Source of the DNA: Octopus sinensis
Lineage: Eukaryota
NCBI RefSeq assembly: GCF_006345805.1
Contig: NC_043002.1
Coordinates: 744,001-808,000, forward strand
DNA length: 64,000 bases
Reading direction: 5' to 3'
The position numbers and the translations under genes were made by a program. Shown here one piece after another: positions 41,963 to 50,445 of the stretch. Below the pieces are notes generated by a model. That model was given only the letters and a program-made list of their open reading frames with translations. It did no database searches and was not told where the DNA came from. Each line of letters starts with the position of its first letter. Within the stretch, counting starts at the first letter, position 1.

Positions 41963-42654
41963 CATACATACATATATATACATACATACATACATATACT
42001 CGTGGCCGATGCCAGCACCGCCTCGACTGGCTTCCGTGCCGGTGGCACATAAAATACATCAATCTGACCGTGGCCGTTGCCAGCCCCGCCTGGCACCTGT
42101 GCAAGTGGCACGTAAAAAGCACCCACTACACTCACGGAGTGGTTGGCGTTAGGAAGGGCATCCAGCTGTAGAAACATTGCCAGATTAGACTGGAGCCTGG
42201 TGCAGCCTTCTGGCTTCCCAGAACCCCGGTCGAACCGTCCAACCCATGCTAGCATGGAGAACGGACGTTAAACGACGATGATGATGATATACATACATAC
42301 ATATATATACATACATATGTAGATATATACATATATCAACATCATCATCGTTTAACGTCCGCTTTCCATGCTAGCATGGGTTGGACGGTTCAACTGGGGT
42401 CTGGGAAGCCCGAAGGCTGCACCAGGTCAGTCAGATCTACATATACATATATATACATACATATATATATATATAAACATACATATATATATACATACAT
42501 ATATATATACATACATATATATATACATACATATATATATATACATACATACATACATATATATATATACATACATACATACATATATATATATACATAC
42601 ATACATATATACATACATACATACATACATATATATATATACATACATACATAT

Positions 42655-42700
<46 letters not shown>

Positions 42701-45700
42701 TATGATAATATATATATAAAAGGCAGTTTGTCTGTCTGTCAGGTTGTACCCTCACCCTGACCACAGCTTTCAACCAATTCTGATGAAACTTGACACCAAA
42801 ACTAACGCAACGAAAATTTTGAAAAGTTCCCCCAGTTTTGAAAAAAATCGATAAATTCGACATGGGGTCGAGAATCTAAGCTTATCATATGCAACACATT
42901 TTCCGTTGTAGTTTTTGCAACTTGCAACTGATTTTCACTAAACTCATGGTGAAGCTTAATGTTACCCTAAGGAACTTAATTCTGACGTTAGTTTTCCATG
43001 CAATACCTTACCATCAGAAAAAATCGATAAAATCATACCATTTTGGGAAATCGCATTCAAATTCAAGATGACATATTTTCGACAATATTTTTAACAAATT
43101 GGCAGGAATTTTTTTGAAATTCACAGCGAGCATCATGTCTGCTCCAAGGAGCTATATGGCCCTTTTGATTCCAATAGGATACGTTATTACTGGAAAAAAT
43201 CGGTTAATTATATCATATGTGGTACACATAGCAAACCGATTTTTCTGCGATAATTTTTGAAAGTTCACATAGATTTTCCCTACACCGATGTTTGCATTAA
43301 ATGTCAAACTAACGACCTTTTGTCAATGCAGTTAACAAGTATTGGGAGAAATCGACAAAACCATATCACTTTGAGACCGACCATGTGAACCCTACAAAAC
43401 TGACTTTTGTTAAATAGTTTGCAGATTTCAGGCGATTTAGTCGATTTTTGCCGCTTCAGCTAGGAACGTCGTATACACAGAAGTATTGGAGTGAAGAGAA
43501 GATGTTGCAACCTACACATGGGCCTTTGTTCCCTAGAGGGAAAGGACTAGATCAGGATTAGTCGATGCCTACTATAGGCTCCCGAGCCCCCTTTCGCTAG
43601 ACTTAAGTTAGGATTAGGTAGGGCTTAGCTGTGCTCCGAACCCAACTTGGGTTGGGGGTGGGCAAAAGGGCCGGCATGTGCAACCTTATCACCTCTGCCT
43701 GTCAAACTCCCAACCCATGCGTTCCCGTTGTGACACTGATCCCGCAGAACTGAGTTGGGTGTGCTAAACAAAACCAGAATATGCACTTTGACTGTCATAG
43801 ATTTTCTTCATGCATGCAAGGGAACAGTGCCTTAATGCCTTTTAGGCTTCATTTTACAAAATAACGGTTCAATGAGTACAAAAAAGGCTAAAACGGTAAA
43901 GGGCATTGCTTATCGACAAAGTTTCTTACATACCTGGGCAACGCCGGGCTATGCTGCTAGTATATATATATAATATATATATACATACAGACACACATAT
44001 TATTTATATATATATATATATATTCTTTTGTTTCAGTCATGCTGAATCACTGCCTTTTAGTCAAAGAAATAGACCCTTGGACATATTCTTTGTAAGTTTA
44101 GTACTTATTTTATCAGACACTTTTGCTGAACCACTAAGTTACGGTGATGTAAAGACACCAACATCTCTTGTCAAGTGATGGCAGGGGGACAAACACACAC
44201 ACACACACACAAATGCATACATATGACGGGCTTCTTTTCAGTTTGTCCACCAAATCCACTCAAGGCTTTGGTCGACCCAAGGCTATAGCAGAAAACACTT
44301 GCCCAAAGAACCACACAGAAGAAATGAACCCAGAACCATGTGGTTGGGAAACAAGCTTCTTTACCATACAGCCATGGCTGTGCCTGTGTATGTGTGTGTA
44401 TATAAATATATATATACATTTATTTCATAAATGAATATTCAAAAAATATCTTTATATTATTAATTATTATTAGTAGTAAAATAAATAATAATAACAATAA
44501 TATAAGTGGCCAGCAAGCAAAAGCTGATAAATGGTCAATCCAAAATGTTATAATTAATTCATAATTATAATAGAGCACACAACGTGCCGGCATTGCTGTA
44601 AAAATCAGAGTCAACCACCAATCACCAGAAATACATCAGACACTACAGCAAAGAGATTAACTTACCATTTCGGCAGAAAGCCTTAGAATGAGGAAATGGA
44701 TCAACTGATTTCTAATTTTGAGATTAACTCCCTTAATTCTCATCAGCAGGTCTTGCTGATGAGAACATCTATGGTTAATACTCACACACATATTAAGTTG
44801 TCTAAAAAGTTCTAAGTGTTTTTAAGTTAAATCTTTTAACACTTCATTGAACACACCTGAAACGTAACACAGTTAAGACTTTGGCACTGCTTGAAGTAGT
44901 AGTGCATTTTTTCTTTGTTTCTGACTAGAAATAGATTTATCTTTCATTCCAGTTACCCCCTATTGACATTTGAAAGGGATAACCAAAAATCTCATGTTCA
45001 CATTGTCATGCTTTTCTATTTAAAAAAAATAGAAAATTCTGCAAAGACCTGCAAAAACATTTGTGGAAGTTTATGGTGATGATGATGCTGTAGGTGAATT
45101 AAATTTTCAAAGGTGGTTTGCAAAATTTCAAGCTGGGGAGTTTAGCTTGAAGATGACAGTCACAGTGGAAGGCCTTCAAAATTAGATGAAGATTTTTGAA
45201 GGCAAAAAATAAAGAAAACTCAAATATCACGACTAGAGAACTTACAGAGGAGTTGGAAGTTTCTAAGATTACGGCTCATGAATACCAACCAATGGAGCTA
45301 GTATACATTTCTCACCATAAAGTATGGGTTCCTCACAAATTCTAAGAAAAGAATTGCTTGAATCGATACTGCATTCATGATATGCTTTTGAAACGGAATG
45401 AAAGCATATCTTTATTGAAATAACTCGTGACTGGAGATGAAAAATGGATTGTGTATGAAAACATAGTGAGGAAAAGATCCTGGAGTTTGTGTATGGATTC
45501 CTCAAAACAGCAATCAAAGATGAATATCCATGCCATAAAAGCTATGCTTCTCCCGCAAAACCAGACCATTCATTGTCATGTATAGTATCATCAGCTGGCT
45601 AATTTGAACGAAAAAGTCAAAGAATTAAGGCCAAAGATCGCCAACAGGAAAGGAGTAGTGTTCCAACAAAACAATGCCCAACCACGTGTCTTTGGCTAAC

Positions 45701-48700
45701 CCAAACAAAGTCACATGAATTTGGCTGGGATGTCTTTACCCATCTTGATATTGTGCCAGTCAATTATCATTTGTTTTTATCTCCACAGAACTCATTGCAA
45801 GGAAAAACATTTAACAATTTAGATAGAGTCAAAATGCATCTAGATATTCTGTTGTGTCCGGGGAGAGTCATTTTCTTTTTGTGCCTTATAAATAAATTTT
45901 TATTCTTCAAAATTAGTCAAACTTTAAGCTGATGAAATATTTAAATTGCCTGATAGATGGGCAAAGGTCATTAATAATAACGAAAATTATCTCAATGAAT
46001 AAAATTTATTTCTGGCTTCCCAGATCCCCGGTCGAACCGTCCAACCCATGCTAGCATGGAGAACGGACGTTAAACGATGATGATGATGAGGATCAAACAT
46101 CAATTATTTAGATCCAATTTTGCATATTAAAAAATGCTCAGAATTTTCCAGACAATGGTGACCAAGTTAGTAGTAGAGGTGGATGCTCTGAGAGCATAGC
46201 TGTGAGAATAAGATTAGGCTGGGCAAAGTTTAGAGAGATCCTACCTCTGCTAGCAACAAAGGACCTCTCCCTGAGAGTGAAAGACAGGTTGCATGATGCC
46301 TGTGTGCAAACAGCTATGCTACACAGCAGTGAAACATGCATAGGCTTAAAAGAAATGAAGCCAGTATGCTTTGCTGGATGTGCAATGTCAGTGTGCATGT
46401 TTGACAGAATGTAAGCATTTTGAGAGAAAAGTTGGGCATAAGAGGAATTAGATGTGGTGTGCAAGAGAGACCACTGCACTGGTATGATGTGTATGGATGA
46501 GGACAGCTGCGTAAAGAAGTTTCAATCTCTAACTATGGAGGAAACCCGTGACAGAGGTAGACCCAGGAAGACATGGGATGAGGTGGTGAAACATGATCTT
46601 CAAACTTTGGGCCTCACACAGGCAATGACTGAGACCATTGGCATTATGTCGTGCTTGAAAAGAAGACCCATCAAGCCAAGTAAAAATCACAGTCATGGCA
46701 GATACCAGTGTCATGCAAATGGCACTCATTATATACTCTTGGAGTGGTTGGCATTAGGAAGGGCATCCAACCATAGAAACCAGACCAAATCAAATTAGAG
46801 TTTGATGCAACCTTCCAGCCTTGCCAGCCCTGGTCAAACCGTCCAACCCATGCTCTTATCTATAATTTCTGAGAAGTTGATTTTGTTTTTGCTGCCCAGT
46901 TTTCTTAATAATTAAATTACCCTAACGCAGTGAGCTGACAGAATCATTAGCATCCTTCAAACGCCTGGAAGGTACTGTGTCGAAGCAGATGCTGCATCTA
47001 CAAGAAACAGCAACCAAAATCACACCCTACCAGCATAAAAAAAAGAAGTCACATTGACCAACATAGTCCTAGATATACAAAAAGTTGAGATAGTCATGGT
47101 TAGAATGTCATTTCATCAGCCACCAGCATTAAAGAGATCATCTATAACAAAAATGAAGAGTTCTCTCTAACCTTGTCCCTTTTGAAGCTTGAAGTGCCTA
47201 TATCACCTCTGTTCATTCTTTTATTTGTTTCAGTCATTTGACGGTGGTCATGCTGGAGCACCCCTTGAAGGGTTTTAGTCAAACACATCAACCCCAGGAT
47301 TTACTTTTAAGCCTAGTATTTATTCTCTCAATCTCTTCTGCCAAACTGCTAAGTTAGGGCGATGTAAACGCACCAACACTGGTTGTCAAGTGAAGATGGG
47401 GGGAGGCCAACACAAAGACACACATGCATAGATATAGACACATAAAAATGAATAGAAGCAGCCATGCACAATGTGATACCATACAGGAAAGCTAGGATTG
47501 CCACTAAATGCAACTAAGAGTGTCAAGACACCTACACTGCTAGAAATAAGAGCTACAATGCACTAATGCTGTAGGAAAAGCACATAAATGTATACATATA
47601 TGCTCACAGGGGACAATTATAGCTTTCTTTTATGGTATCATATTGCGTATGGCTGTTTATATTAATTTTTGTGTACACATTAGCGATCCTTTAAATCATT
47701 TACAAATTTTTATAGGAAATACATATATGCTGACAAAGGACTAGCCTAGAATCTGCCGGACAAGCAGTTCTTACTGAAGAGACAATGCAAATAGCCGAAA
47801 CTGAATGTTCAGTCTAAGGAATTCTTGTGTCAGTGTTTTGGGTGATTACAGCCCTTGTGAGCATATATGTATACATTTATGTGCTTTTCCTACAGCATTA
47901 GAGCATTTTAGCTTATTTCTAGCAATGTAGAAGTCTTGACACCCTTAGTTGTGTTTAGTGACAATTATATTTTATATATGATGGGCTTCTCTTAGTTTTC
48001 ATCTACCAAATTCACTCACAAGGCTTTGGTCAACCTGAGGTTACAGTAGAAGACACTTGCCCAAAGTGCTATGCAGTGGGACTGAACCTGGAACCATGTG
48101 GTTGGCAAGCAAGCTTCTTACCACACAGCCATGCCTATACATATTCTTTACTTTTTTTTTCTTTCACTAATCTTATTTTCAATCTCTCACATATAAAATT
48201 ATATACAAAAGTTTTAAATGTTCATCACATTTTTTCTGTTTTAGTATAAAAATGTAATCTGAAATTGGATCTCTTCAGAATTTCTTCATTTCTTCATTTC
48301 CAGCTTCTTTTGCTCATATTTTTCTGGCATTAGTTGTTCTGTTTTGTATTGCTCGTTGGACTTTCTCCATAATCAAATTTTGAGGATCCAAGATTTGAGA
48401 CAGTTTTTTTAAAACATTTTGTCTATATGAAATGAGATGCCATTAAAATAATGTATAGCTTCATTATTTCAGACCCCAACACAACACAGTGCCAATGAGA
48501 CAATATTACAAGAATAAAAATCTCTAGCATCCAGACATAAGGTTTTCCAGTAAACATTACTTTTATCATTGTTCTGTCATCAGTGACTGAATCAATAACC
48601 ATTGCCAAGGAAGTAAAAAAAATGAAACTATTAGCTCAGGTTTGGTAAAACTACCCAGTTCATTGAATTAGGCCCTGCTTAGTCCAACTGCCTACCTTGA

Positions 48701-50391
48701 TGGAAGATCAAGCCAAAGTGATATATTGGACCCCTGTTGTACTCTTTCACCCCAACTTTCTCTCACTCTCTCTCTCTTCCTGTTTCTTGAGCAACGCTGC
48801 AATGGACTGGCGTCCCGTCCAGCTGGGGGGAACACATACACCACAGAAACCGGGCCCATGAGCCTGGCTAGGCTTGAAAAGGGCACATAAATAAATAACT
48901 CGATATGAAATAGATTAAAAATTTAGTTTCTTTCCAGGCCAGACCATGCACCAATATCATTATAATTTTTTACATCCACTTTCCAAGCTGGAGTGGGTTG
49001 AATGGGTTGTCATTGTATAAGTAATTTCTTATTGGGGGGGGGGTGCTATTTGGTTTCATTTTTACAGCTGGATGCCTTTCCAGTAGCCAAACATCAAACT
49101 GTGCAAAAACTCCATTAAATATAACTTGTATCACTCTTAAATTCCTGTTAGAAACAAGATTTGGATGGAATGCTTGTCAGTTCACATGAATTTGGGTAGA
49201 TCTTGCTGATACAATGTAATGATTGTTGGTGTACATTGTGAATATCACTTCCACATGTTCAGGTGGGTTGATTACAGGTAAGTTTACAACACATAGGGGC
49301 TTTCACATAAATTTACAAGATATCAATTCCTGTCTCAGTAACTTGAAAGTTGCACAACTCCTATCACAAAAAGCAGTCCAAGTTATGTGTTTATAATCCC
49401 CATTGGTTTAACAAAGGTGGCGTTGCTTTGTTAATGTGAATACCTTGTGGTCTCATCATTCATTCCAACAAAAACATTTCTTCAAGAAAAGGCTGAAGAA
49501 AATAAACAACAGGTTTTGCTCCAGAGTTCCACAGTTTTGTAAGGCCCACACCACTAATTAAAGAAATGCAATGATCAGATACTTAATCACTCCACTTCTG
49601 ATCAGAATCAATAAATTTTCAAAGCACTTAGATCACAGCTATGTACAGATGATACTGGAACATACAGGTCCCTGAGTATTTTCTTCAAGTCCAAGCTCTC
49701 ACCTCTAAATTAAATCACTAAGTTAATAAATAAATCAATAATAAAATTCACCAGGTATACTTGCTATGATGCTTGAAAATCACAGTGAGATAAAAAGAAA
49801 ACTCCTAAGAAATTCACTGAATAAACAAGGAACACAAATACACCTGGGTAAGACAAGAAGTTCTTTATGAAATGAAGCTGAATGTTCTTTATTGTTTCTC
49901 ACACAAAACAGTCACTAGTTCCTGCTGTTGGTCTCAAAAAATACTTTATGATTTGTGGTTTAGGACTCAGCAACAGTTGCACATACTTGCTATGCAGGAC
50001 TTTAATCAGTTAATTTTATTTATTAAACACTAAATAGGATTTTAGAAATATGAGAAAATTATTCATCTATAACCAAGTTAACGAGAGAAAATACAAATAA
50101 CCCTGGTTCATTTGCACCAGAAAAAACTGTCCCCTCTTCCCTTGCTGTTTATTTATAATCTAAGCCCAATTCTACTGCCTCAATAACTCATGGTATACTT
50201 GCTCTAAGACTAAACTTCTCAATCTGCCATACAGTGTTTAGTTTCAGTTAGAATGAGGCATAACCGTTCAAGTTAATTTGATTTATTAGAAGTTTTCAAA
50301 GTCCAGTTAAACTCAGTCAGTATATGAGTTTCTATTGTTTCCCAAACTCTATCAGTTTAGAGCAATACATAAATAGTAAGGAGTATATACA

Positions 50392-50445
<54 letters not shown>

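Noticed and set aside
44737-44790. Hammerhead ribozyme or C/D snoRNA suggested by CTGATGA on both strands
   Set aside because: No GAAA after a stem II and no suitably placed D box (CTGA).
49150-49283. Plus-strand exon-like unit ending CAG|GTAAGT
   Set aside because: Stops in all three frames and no other plus-strand exons. A non-coding antisense exon cannot be excluded but is unsupported.
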